This document shows, in pieces, positions 8,797-16,366 of a stretch of DNA of 42,355 bases. The position numbers and the translations under genes are program-made. The notes under the pieces were generated by a model. The model worked only from the letters and a program-made list of their open reading frames with translations. It searched no databases and was not told the DNA's origin. How positions within the stretch are numbered: the stretch's first letter is position 1; every line of letters starts with the position of its first letter. Source of the stretch: a virus; UHGV virus genome UHGV-0194685; one strand, given 5' to 3'.

Positions 8797-9065
8797 GGTG
8801 CATAGTTGGTGAATGGTTGGTGCATAGTTTTTAACAAACCCTTCACCCAAATCAGCCTTAGAGTGACAAGGGATACAGAAGATTGGTGAATAGTATGCAT
8901 AGTTTTTCTATATAGTTAAATTTTAAAATAAATAATAAGAATATATAAAAATACAGAAGCAACCCAGAAAAACTATGCAACCATGCACCTTATGGCTTTT
9001 AGGGTTGATATAACAACGTTTTTGAGAAATCAAACTATGCACCTTTTACTCTAAACCATGCACCT
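8797..9065. repeat. putative origin of replication with iterons flanking an AT-rich block
   Basis: GGTGCATAGTT direct repeats lie at 8797, 8819 and 8896 (the last partial). An AT-rich block spans 8908-8960. Inverted copies AACTATGCA(A/C)C lie at 8971 and 9033, and CCATGCACC at 8981 and 9056. The region sits downstream of the primase gene, as in Sfi21-like phages. Confidence 0.6.
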
Positions 9066-9079
9066 CTAAAGGAGGGTCT

Positions 9080-9394
9080 ATGACAGCAGAAATCGACATC
9101 CAAAACGCAATCAGAAGAGAATTGCCAAAATACGGGCATTTTATTTATCGAGGTAATGTAGGAAAAGTAAAAACCGTGGACGGTCGATGGTTCGATACAG
9201 GACTGCCAAACGGATGGCCGGATTTGTTCGGTTGGACAAATGAAGGTAAGTTTTTTCTGATCGAAGTCAAAAACGAAAAAGGCAAACTCAGACCAGACCA
9301 AATAAAATTCGGTGAGTTTTTAAAGACGCAGCCGGTCCTATATGGGGTCGCAAGGTCTGTAGAGGACGCTTTGCGGATTGTTAATAAGAAATAA
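9080..9394 (+). CDS. VRR-NUC domain nuclease
   Basis: GWPDL...FFLIEVK motif characteristic of VRR-NUC. An AGGAGGG RBS is present. Confidence 0.8.
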   Translation: MTAEIDIQNAIRRELPKYGHFIYRGNVGKVKTVDGRWFDTGLPNGWPDLFGWTNEGKFFLIEVKNEKGKLRPDQIKFGEFLKTQPVLYGVARSVEDALRIVNKK

Positions 9395-9414
9395 AAATAT
9401 TGCAGGTGAAGAAA

Positions 9415-9657
9415 ATGAAAACAATTAATATTTTCGGCGAGTACATCGAAGGTGAAGAAGTAGAGTATACGGATCAGCCGTATAAAAATATCATCATTGT
9501 AGAAGACCACAAAGGCGACAAGCACGTCGTTCATCGTGACACTGTGGATGAAAAACATAAACGCACAAAGAGCCGTGCAGGAGTGAGATTTGATCTGCTT
9601 GCTTGTCAAGCAAACGGACGGAAAGGACCAATTAGAAAATGGAGGCGGATTGGTTGA
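9415..9657 (+). CDS. hypothetical protein (~80 aa)
   Basis: ATG inside the track ORF 9400..9657, with GGTGAAG upstream. Confidence 0.4.
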   Translation: MKTINIFGEYIEGEEVEYTDQPYKNIIIVEDHKGDKHVVHRDTVDEKHKRTKSRAGVRFDLLACQANGRKGPIRKWRRIG

Positions 9658-9848
9658 TGCCCAAAAAATTAATTCGTGAAATAGCTGCCTCATACGGCTA
9701 TCAGCGGCTTAGAAAATACCGCCAATGGGATGATGTTCATTTCTCAGCAGAAGTGAACGGCGTTGTGATTGTGGTGAACATTGAGTCTGGCGAGCTGTAC
9801 GAAAGAAATCCGTTCACTAAAAAGTTGATGAAGCAGGAGGAGAATTAA
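9657..9848 (+). CDS. hypothetical protein (63 aa)
   Basis: ATGA stop/start overlap with the upstream gene. It lies within the track ORF 9639..9848. Confidence 0.4.
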   Translation: MPKKLIREIAASYGYQRLRKYRQWDDVHFSAEVNGVVIVVNIESGELYERNPFTKKLMKQEEN

Positions 9849-10310
9849 ATGTTATCACAGGAAAACAGAAAGAAAATCGTTTCAAATGGCTTGTACCAAA
9901 GAAAGATAGACTGGTCGAGAGTGATAGGAAGTGAACCGTTTTGGTGTACTAACTGGACATTCATTCCCCAAATTGATGAAGACGAAGTAGTGATGATTGA
10001 TAGTTATTACCAAAGCTATCAATATAGCATTCACTATTATATTGATGATAAAAATATCCAAGATTTTGAGTTGATTTTTGATTTTGACGATGTCGAGGAA
10101 GTTCCAGAAAGATTATATCGCGAATATGATGATGAAGATCGTTATCGGGTATCTTGTGATTCGGGTGGCAGAAACTATCCAAAACACTTTGTTAAAAAAT
10201 CCGCTTTGCCATCGAAAGAACGGCAGTTAGAATGTATCGATTTAGAAATAGATTCTTACGAAAGAAAATTAAGATATTTGAAAGAAAAAAGAGAGCCATT
10301 AGTCCGCTAA
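9849..10310 (+). CDS. hypothetical acidic protein (153 aa)
   Basis: ORF-track ORF with an AGGAGGAG RBS. Confidence 0.5.
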   Translation: MLSQENRKKIVSNGLYQRKIDWSRVIGSEPFWCTNWTFIPQIDEDEVVMIDSYYQSYQYSIHYYIDDKNIQDFELIFDFDDVEEVPERLYREYDDEDRYRVSCDSGGRNYPKHFVKKSALPSKERQLECIDLEIDSYERKLRYLKEKREPLVR

Positions 10311-10336
10311 CTGGGGCTATCAAGGAGGTTTTGGTA

Positions 10337-10597
10337 ATGGGAAAATATCGCTGGCATGTCAGCCGAGTAGGAGAAAAACCAGAAATCGTTCGGCACTACA
10401 ACTGGATTACTAAAATGTATCGGTTCATTTTGAGAAATCCAGCTATGTTTGCTGGACGAGAGTTGACGATTTATAAAAATGGAAAGCCCTGTGTTGACCT
10501 TCATTTTGATGAAATAAAGAGAAGATTTGACTTGAATAACAAAGAAGGAATCGAGCGTAAATATATCAACGAATTATCAAAGGAGGACAGCGAATGA
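10337..10597 (+). CDS. hypothetical protein (86 aa)
   Basis: ATG at 10337 with an AAGGAGG RBS, inside the track ORF 10232..10597. Confidence 0.45.
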   Translation: MGKYRWHVSRVGEKPEIVRHYNWITKMYRFILRNPAMFAGRELTIYKNGKPCVDLHFDEIKRRFDLNNKEGIERKYINELSKEDSE

Positions 10598-10815
10598 TTG
10601 CAACGACCATAGTTCACACGATAGTCGGTTTCATAATAGCTGCTATGGGATATATCTTATTCAATGTAAGTGACAAAAGTGAAAAAGGTTGGCGAGTATT
10701 TGGAGCCATTTTGTTTGTTATAGGAGCTTTTATAATTCTTGGTGCTGAATTAAATCTTTACTTCAATGGGACGCAGGAAGAATTAATAAAGTGGATGTTT
10801 TGGATGAAAGATTAG
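10594..10815 (+). CDS. small two-TM membrane protein (73 aa)
   Basis: ORF-track ORF with two hydrophobic helices. An ATGA overlap couples it to the upstream gene. Confidence 0.45.
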   Translation: MIATTIVHTIVGFIIAAMGYILFNVSDKSEKGWRVFGAILFVIGAFIILGAELNLYFNGTQEELIKWMFWMKD

Positions 10816-10855
10816 TTCCGGTAACCACGCCTATTACAGAAAGGAAGTTTTAGAA

Positions 10856-11434
10856 ATGAAATTATATAGCAAAGAAGAATTTGAAAAAATGAAAACTTTA
10901 AAAAGAGAGTTCGTAGAAACAGAAGAAGGTGAGTTATTCACAAAAAATACAGTTAAGCGTCGTCTACGAGCTGGAGAAGAAAAGGCAACACAGCTATTCA
11001 ATGACTTGACCAAACAGGAGGAAATAATGATACCGAAGTTTAGAGCGTGGGATAAAAAATACAAAATGTTGATGCGGGTCAACCAAATCGATTTTTTAAA
11101 AGGAACGGCTTGGCTTGAAGCAGATCAAGGAGATCACGAAACAAGGCATACACTCACAAGATGTTTCGACGATGTGATACTCATGCAATCCACTGGATTG
11201 ATAGACCGTAACGGCGTGGAGATATTTGAGGGGGATGTAGTGAAATGGGGCGACACACTAGATTGGGAAGAAACACCAATTAGAATCGCTACAGTGAAAA
11301 TTGACCCAGATATTCTATTTGATTCAAATGTTGGGATATTTAATTATGGACAATTTGCTTATAAGAATACAGAAAAATTTCTTACTATTTTAGGCAACAT
11401 CTACGAAAATCCAGGGTTACTAAACCTACGCTAA
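10856..11434 (+). CDS. YopX-family protein (paralog 1) with an in-frame 57-aa N-terminal extension; a second start is possible at 11027
   Basis: The C-terminal 135 aa are alignable by eye to the 13603 ORF (MIPKFRAW...ILMQSTGL...GVEIFEGD...TILGNIYE). An AGGAGG RBS precedes the internal ATG at 11027, and an AAAGGAAG RBS precedes 10856. Confidence 0.65.
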   Translation: MKLYSKEEFEKMKTLKREFVETEEGELFTKNTVKRRLRAGEEKATQLFNDLTKQEEIMIPKFRAWDKKYKMLMRVNQIDFLKGTAWLEADQGDHETRHTLTRCFDDVILMQSTGLIDRNGVEIFEGDVVKWGDTLDWEETPIRIATVKIDPDILFDSNVGIFNYGQFAYKNTEKFLTILGNIYENPGLLNLR

Positions 11435-11461
11435 TCACCAATATTAAGGAGGAGAAAGTAA

Positions 11462-11719
11462 ATGAATAAATTGTCAAACGGAAGAGAAAATATGAGTAAA
11501 GAGCAACTGATGGGAGTATGTGATCAATTGGAACAAGAATTGGTTGGAGCTCAAGCTGTAAACAAAGCTTACAAGAAGCATTTAGAGCAAGTAATCGAAT
11601 ACCACTCAGTAGAGAAATACCGATCCATTGTACAAAAAAATAGAGAAGCAGCGGCAACTGCTCCTCTAAAATTTAGCATTGAAGAAGGCTATGGAGATAA
11701 AATTGAAAATCCTTATTGA
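11462..11719 (+). CDS. hypothetical protein (85 aa)
   Basis: ORF-track ORF with an AAGGAGGAG RBS. Confidence 0.45.
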   Translation: MNKLSNGRENMSKEQLMGVCDQLEQELVGAQAVNKAYKKHLEQVIEYHSVEKYRSIVQKNREAAATAPLKFSIEEGYGDKIENPY

Positions 11720-11739
11720 GGAAACACTAAGCTACTTTT

Positions 11740-12093
11740 ATGAAAATTTTCGATTGTTGGCAAAAAAAGAGAGCTTGGAAGTCGAGAAAGTGTAGGTTCA
11801 ATCGGATGATCAAAAAAATAAAAACTTTGATCGATGGTTTTCTGCTAGAAAGAAAACTCGTTAAGGTTAGAGAATTAATAAAGAGTCATATAGATAGCGG
11901 TGAACGTTCAATGTATTGGGTCGCCACTGATAGCGAAAAGCAGAACTTTATGAACATGATCAGATTTTTTGAGATTGCATTCGAAGATGGATATTTTGCG
12001 ACTGGTGAGTATTTTGATGCATCTTCATGGATGTCTTCGAATCCAGAAGAAGTGTGGCAAATTTATTTGGAAATGAAAGAGGTGTCGGAATGA
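11740..12093 (+). CDS. hypothetical protein; the exact start is uncertain
   Basis: ORF-track ORF. Confidence 0.35.
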   Translation: MKIFDCWQKKRAWKSRKCRFNRMIKKIKTLIDGFLLERKLVKVRELIKSHIDSGERSMYWVATDSEKQNFMNMIRFFEIAFEDGYFATGEYFDASSWMSSNPEEVWQIYLEMKEVSE

Positions 12094-12383
12094 ACATGAG
12101 TCAAAATCTATCTATCCCTCAAAAAATAGCAGCGGCACTAGACCAGTGTGAATCTTGGTTCCGCTACGATTGCAAAAACTTATGGATGGGAACATCGGCT
12201 TTGGTTGAGCTTGAGGGTATGACATTTGATGAAGCACAATTAGAAAGAGAAAAAATAAACTCAGTGATTTTTGATTGGGTAAATGATTCTAAAGAGCGGC
12301 AATCTCTTGTCATTGCATATTTGAATCCCGCAACATCACCAAAAGCAGCGCCGTTACTGTGGGCATTGGAGGAGGAAGAATGA
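12090..12383 (+). CDS. hypothetical protein (97 aa)
   Basis: ATG at 12090 with a GAGGTG RBS. It overlaps the upstream stop (ATGA). It lies inside the track ORF 12027..12383. Confidence 0.4.
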   Translation: MNMSQNLSIPQKIAAALDQCESWFRYDCKNLWMGTSALVELEGMTFDEAQLEREKINSVIFDWVNDSKERQSLVIAYLNPATSPKAAPLLWALEEEE

Positions 12384-12478
12384 TGATACCGAATATCGAA
12401 ATCGGGAAAATTTATAAATTATCTGATGCAAACCCGCCAGCATTTGCGGAATGGGGAATGAAAGAGGTGGCAGAATGA
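12380..12478 (+). CDS. tiny ORF (32 aa, MMIPNIEIGKIYKLSDANPPAFAEWGMKEVAE)
   Basis: An AGGAGG RBS lies 6 nt upstream. ATGA overlaps couple it to both neighbours. It is below the ORF-track cutoff. Confidence 0.25.
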   Translation: MMIPNIEIGKIYKLSDANPPAFAEWGMKEVAE

Positions 12479-12711
12479 ATAACAGACATCGAAGAGTTGA
12501 ACGTTTAAGGCGACAACAAGTTATTAGTTCTTGTAAGCAATATGACGTTACACCAGAAATGGTGGAAAAACTATATAAAGACGTATATGAAACAGTGTCT
12601 AACATCGTAGTAGGCGTAGGTACAGCTTTTATCAATATCGGAAAAGCATTTATGGATACAGGGGAAAGATGGAGAAGCACAGGTAATCTGAAAAGAATTA
12701 AGGATAGGTGA
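12475..12711 (+). CDS. hypothetical basic protein (78 aa)
   Basis: ATG at 12475 with a GAGGTGG RBS, inside the track ORF 12451..12711. Confidence 0.4.
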   Translation: MNNRHRRVERLRRQQVISSCKQYDVTPEMVEKLYKDVYETVSNIVVGVGTAFINIGKAFMDTGERWRSTGNLKRIKDR

Positions 12712-12720
12712 CGGTTCCGC

Positions 12721-12745
12721 TAACCGAAGCGATTGCATAGAAAAG
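12721..12745. repeat. direct repeat copy 1 (TAACCGAAGCGATTGCATAGAAAAG)
   Basis: A near-identical ~24-nt copy lies at 13199-13223. The two copies bracket the 12753..13202 ORF. Confidence 0.5.
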
Positions 12746-12752
12746 AGGTGCT

Positions 12753-13202
12753 ATGTTGCAAGCAATCTTTACATTGCGTAGAAAAGGCTTTAACAAAAAA
12801 ATCAAAGTTGGAGAAATTTTTAACTATAAAGATGAAAAATATGTTTTGACACACATTGTTGAAATTAAACATTTTTATAGTAGTTCCGCTCGGATGGAAG
12901 TGGAAGGAGTAGCCCAGCTAGTTGGTGGTAAATCCGATTTTAGCCAATATGAAAGAACAAGTGAATTTGTAAGAAAATACCCCAAAGGTGAGTTCACAGA
13001 AGAAAATCCACTCTACAGGGTTGGAGACATTTTTGTATTTGATGGAATTTGCGGTGAAATAACGAATCTTGAATCAATTGAGTTTGAGTTCGTTGACTTA
13101 GTAGTTACCTATCATTCAAGATTGTTCCGGCCGTGGAGTGATGAGGAAATGAGTCAAGCGATCAAAGAGGATCGGCTATCAAAATTTAAAGTAGTCGGTT
13201 AA
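12753..13202 (+). CDS. hypothetical protein (149 aa) bracketed by 24-nt direct repeats (cassette-like)
   Basis: ORF-track ORF. The flanking direct repeats are seen directly. Confidence 0.5.
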   Translation: MLQAIFTLRRKGFNKKIKVGEIFNYKDEKYVLTHIVEIKHFYSSSARMEVEGVAQLVGGKSDFSQYERTSEFVRKYPKGEFTEENPLYRVGDIFVFDGICGEITNLESIEFEFVDLVVTYHSRLFRPWSDEEMSQAIKEDRLSKFKVVG

Positions 13203-13223
13203 CGAAGCGATTGCATAGAAAAA
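13199..13223. repeat. direct repeat copy 2 (TTAACGAAGCGATTGCATAGAAAAA)
   Basis: Matches 12721-12745 with one indel. Confidence 0.5.
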
Positions 13224-13545
13224 GACCGCTGGGTTTAGGGTGACAGCGGTCAGTGAATTAGGCGTTAATCTAATTCAGAAAAAGAACTTTAGTCTAGTTT
13301 CCGCTAGACTAAAGCATTCTATCATAAAAAAGACCATTGGTTAAATCCAACGGTCTCTGAGCTAGTTGAAATATGCTTCAGATTAATGAAATCAACAAGG
13401 AAGAACCTAGCTCGTTTAAATTATATCACAAAAAAGGACTACCGCGGTATGATACGGCAGTCCATGAGCTAGGGAATGGGGAAGCTAATTAATCGGTAAG
13501 AAGCCTAGCTCGCGCACATATTTTGTCTTCTCAAAAGACAAATAT
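13224..13545. promoter_or_regulatory. hairpin-dense intergenic region with alternating GAGCTAG / CTAGCTC motifs
   Basis: Hairpins lie at 13224-13251 (8 bp), 13287-13314 (11 bp, perfect), 13331-13356, 13436-13463 and 13522-13542. The motif occurs as GAGCTAG at 13359 and 13466 and as its complement CTAGCTC at 13407 and 13505. Confidence 0.4.
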
Positions 13546-13602
13546 ATTTTAACAAGATAGCGTTTTCGAAATCAACCGCGAACGGTAGTAAGGAGGAAAA
13601 TA

Positions 13603-13992
13603 ATGATACCGAAGTTTAGAGCGTGGTGGATACAAGATGAAGTGATGACACACATTTACACATTGGAGTTCTTGCAGGGTGGCATCAGGGTATCTGACGG
13701 ATGTTGGCACGAGAAATTTTTAGGTGATGAAGTCATTCTCATGCAATCAACAGGCCTCAAAGACAAGAACGGCGTTGAGATTTTTGAGGGGGATATAGTT
13801 AATTATGACGATGGAGAGTTTAGTTATATTGGCTCTGTAAAAAAAGACTATTATCAGTTCTATATTAATGGCATAGAACCAGTTGATAGTTATGATTTTA
13901 TTGACGTTTCAAATACTTTTGATGGCACAACTTCATTAACTATTTTAGGCAACATCTACGAAGATAAAGAATTGTTGGAGGCGATAGAATGA
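13603..13992 (+). CDS. YopX-family protein (paralog 2)
   Basis: The 5' end (about 34 nt) and the 3' ACTATTTTAGGCAACATCTACGAA are identical at nucleotide level to paralog 1, while the middle is divergent. An AGGAGG RBS is present. Confidence 0.7.
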   Translation: MIPKFRAWWIQDEVMTHIYTLEFLQGGIRVSDGCWHEKFLGDEVILMQSTGLKDKNGVEIFEGDIVNYDDGEFSYIGSVKKDYYQFYINGIEPVDSYDFIDVSNTFDGTTSLTILGNIYEDKELLEAIE

Positions 13993-14162
13993 AACTAAAA
14001 GAACTAATTGAGCAGCATACGTTAAAAGTTGTTTTCTGTGGTCACTGCGAATGTGGAGAGCGCAAATATGATTTGATCACAGATCAGAATCTAGCTTATC
14101 CGCCAATTCATGAGTCGACTATTAAGGAAGTAAAACCAGAGTTGTTGGAGGTGGAACAATGA
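13989..14162 (+). CDS. small Cys-rich protein (57 aa, ...CGHCECGE...)
   Basis: Hand translation. ATGA overlaps couple it to both neighbours. Confidence 0.4.
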   Translation: MKLKELIEQHTLKVVFCGHCECGERKYDLITDQNLAYPPIHESTIKEVKPELLEVEQ

Positions 14163-14527
14163 AAAAATGTCCGATTTGTGATGAAACTTTCAGACAGTTT
14201 GAAGATATTGTGGAAGTTGAATATAAATATTATCACGAAGATTGTTTGGAAATTGTCCCCATCAGATATTGTGCTTACAATCCCAATGAAGATCCTGAGG
14301 ATAGTTTCATTGGACAATTTGATAATGATGATAAATCTTGGGTTAGCGACATGATGGATGAGGGCGATTACTTAGAAGAGAAGAGATTTAAGGTATCATT
14401 TGTAAGTCCTTTGACTGCTTCAAATCCAGTACAGTCTATTGACATATTCGCTCTTGACGAAGATGAGGCTAAAGAAAGAATTAGTTCTGAGTATCGCCAA
14501 GTATTAACAGTGAAGTTGGTCAACTAA
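14159..14527 (+). CDS. Cys/His-containing acidic protein (122 aa, MKKCPICDE...HEDC)
   Basis: ORF-track ORF. Confidence 0.5.
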   Translation: MKKCPICDETFRQFEDIVEVEYKYYHEDCLEIVPIRYCAYNPNEDPEDSFIGQFDNDDKSWVSDMMDEGDYLEEKRFKVSFVSPLTASNPVQSIDIFALDEDEAKERISSEYRQVLTVKLVN

Positions 14528-14553
14528 CGTCGCCAATAAAGGAGGTTTAGAAA

Positions 14554-14730
14554 ATGGATATCGTCAAAATGTTTTTTGAAGTTATGGACCACGTTTTAAG
14601 TATTATTTGGGATTTACTATTACTTAATTGGCTTATGTACGGTGGAAAATGGATAATTGGTGAAAAGTATCTCGAATTAACAATTCCTCCAATGTTGAAA
14701 AAAAGTAAAAGGGCCTATAAGGGAGATTAG
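14554..14730 (+). CDS. small hydrophobic protein (58 aa)
   Basis: An AAGGAGG RBS lies 8 nt upstream. It is below the ORF-track cutoff. Confidence 0.35.
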   Translation: MDIVKMFFEVMDHVLSIIWDLLLLNWLMYGGKWIIGEKYLELTIPPMLKKSKRAYKGD

Positions 14731-14867
14731 AATTAATTTCATGCATCACAGAAATGCATAAGGCACAACATATTGTATGCGAAAATGAGTTCCCACGATA
14801 TATTGTGGATAAACCTGTTAATATGTGCATAACAAAATGTAAATGTTGATTGAGTGGGGGATAAGCA

Positions 14868-15284
14868 GTGTCAGAATTAACTAAAACTAAGTTAGCGGAT
14901 TTGGAAGAGGATTTCCGATCATACAAAAAAATACCGAGCAAAATAGCCGAGGCATTAGTTGCTAGGGAATGGAAGCCCGAAGATACTAACTCTTGGATCA
15001 AAGGTAGTCAGACTCATACAGAAAAGGCTCTGACTGATCTAATAAAGAGAGAAGACAATAAGAGTTATCTATATTATTCAAAACTGTACATGGACATTTC
15101 AAAGGCTTATGCGAGCCTTAGCTCAGAGCTGAAAGAGATTGTAGACAAATATTTGTGGGGGGAGCTAAGCTATCTCGAGTGGCGCGAAATTGCTGAATAT
15201 GAACACTGTTCTAAAACAGCAGTATATAAAAAGCGATTTAAAATTTTAGAGAGTTTAGCAATCCAGCAAGGAAAAGTGTTCTAA
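14868..15284 (+). CDS. ArpU-family late transcription regulator
   Basis: The ~138-aa size, the C-terminal WGE/YLEWREIAE-type region and the position just upstream of the packaging module match ArpU/Alt-type activators. The start is a GTG. Confidence 0.65.
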   Translation: MSELTKTKLADLEEDFRSYKKIPSKIAEALVAREWKPEDTNSWIKGSQTHTEKALTDLIKREDNKSYLYYSKLYMDISKAYASLSSELKEIVDKYLWGELSYLEWREIAEYEHCSKTAVYKKRFKILESLAIQQGKVF

Positions 15285-15704
15285 AACGTGTGGTAGACCA
15301 CCCTGTCAATGCCCTAAAATAGTATTATCAGAGAGTTTTAAATAATCCATCAAGCAGACGACTCAAATTAACTTTATTGGCATGAAGTTTCTCCTTATAC
15401 CTCTTAACATACAAACGTCTAGCTTGGTGGATTTAATGGCGGCACACAAAAAATAAAAGAAGAGGATGTGAAGAAACACTCCTCAACTTTAAAGTTCACG
15501 TGCCGCCTTTATGTCACTGTGGCGGAAAGGCCATCAGATCAGTTGCAACGCTGACAGTGACTTAGACGAAAGGTAGCTTAAATATTAACCACATCAACAT
15601 CGTCAGCGAGTTGATAAAGGTAACTAGCAGACTCTAGGATTTAAGCCAGTCTTACCGATTAGTCTATTATAGTAGCAAGCTTACTGGAGGTAGCTCCTCC
15701 GAGT

Positions 15705-15771
15705 TGGCGTGTAGCTCATTTGGTAGAGCGCCTTAATCAGGAGGTCGCCGGTTCGATCCCGGTCACGTCAA
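15705..15771 (+). tRNA. tRNA-like element (67 nt) with acceptor, D and T arms but only a 2-bp anticodon stem
   Basis: Hand fold. The acceptor stem is TGGCGTG/CACGTCA with one G-T pair. The D arm is GCTC-ATTTGGTA-GAGC. The T arm is GCCGG-TTCGATC-CCGGT. Between them is CC-TTAATCA-GG instead of a 5-bp anticodon stem. There is no CCA, and the first nucleotide is T. It is probably not a functional canonical tRNA. Confidence 0.4.
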
Positions 15772-16268
15772 TATAGAATCTACGGAAACAATCAATCATC
15801 TCGGATGCCGATTGATTGGCTGCATTTACCAGCGTGCTGGAACTCAGTTAAAAGGCATAGAATACTATCTCAGACGTGAGACGCTCTCAGTTGTAGGTTA
15901 GGAGAGGAACATTAAGTTGGATTTGCTAGGAACACGGCAAGTTGCCATACGCAGGCTTTGTGAGCGGTCTATGAGCAGATACATCAATGCAATCATAGTT
16001 AAATGAGTTTGCTTTGATCAGGGGCGGTATTCTGATCCAGTGTTCAACATCGGCTATCTCGTCATAGCCCTAACGAAGCAACCGAGCATTCCTATCTGCC
16101 GGATACGGATAAACAGTGGGTTCCATAATGGAGTAGGTTGCTTAATTTAATGTCAATGCTCTCATTCCTGTATAGGCAGATATGTTCTGAGGTGAGAGCT
16201 TTAATACATACCAGTACCGCAAACGCCTCTTAACAATGCGGACCACTTGCGGTCGTAATACATAATCA

Positions 16269-16299
16269 AGATCACTCGTTTGAGTGGTCTTTTTATTTT
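16269..16299 (+). terminator. Rho-independent terminator
   Basis: AGATCACTC-gttt-GAGTGGTCT stem (9 bp, one G-T pair) followed by TTTTTATTTT. Confidence 0.6.
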
Positions 16300-16366
16300 A
16301 ACCTTATCGTCCAATCTGCACGATGGGGTTACTGCTAATAAGGTCATCGAAGAAAGGACTGATCCA

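Larger units (their letters stand above)
15290..16299 (+). ncRNA. candidate large structured ncRNA (GOLLD/ROOL-like class), ~1 kb, ending in an intrinsic terminator
   Basis: About 1 kb lacks any ORF of 60 aa or more on the plus strand. The region is visibly more G+C-rich than the flanks. It holds many long-range and local stems, e.g. GGCGGCAC/GTGCCGCC at 15438/15500, GTCACTGT/ACAGTGAC at 15513/15554, CAATCAATC/GATTGATTG near 15790, TATCTGCC/GGCAGATA near 16093/16170 and ACCGCAA/TTGCGGT near 16216. A tRNA-like element is embedded. A terminator lies at 16269-16299. The strand and boundaries are inferred. Confidence 0.45.

Noticed and set aside
9145-9693. Minus-strand 182-aa ORF overlapping the VRR-NUC and downstream genes
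   Set aside because: It lies antisense to three well-supported plus-strand genes with RBSs. It has a low-complexity hydrophobic translation and no RBS.
14633-15001. Minus-strand 122-aa ORF overlapping the ArpU gene start
   Set aside because: It is antisense to the ArpU gene and to the 14554 small gene, and has no RBS.
15705-15771. Canonical tRNA gene (which would make this a tRNA-carrying phage or a tRNA-derived att site)
   Set aside because: No 5-bp anticodon stem can be formed; only CC/GG closes a 7-nt loop. The element is 67 nt long, has a T at position 1 and lacks CCA. I therefore call it tRNA-like or degenerate. It is far from the integrase, so it is not the attP core.
15285-16300. Group I or group II intron, retron, or CRISPR array as the explanation for the non-coding block
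   Set aside because: No reverse transcriptase, maturase, homing endonuclease or cas genes are nearby, and no regularly spaced direct repeats. The region is not inside a gene. An intron cannot be excluded without covariance models.
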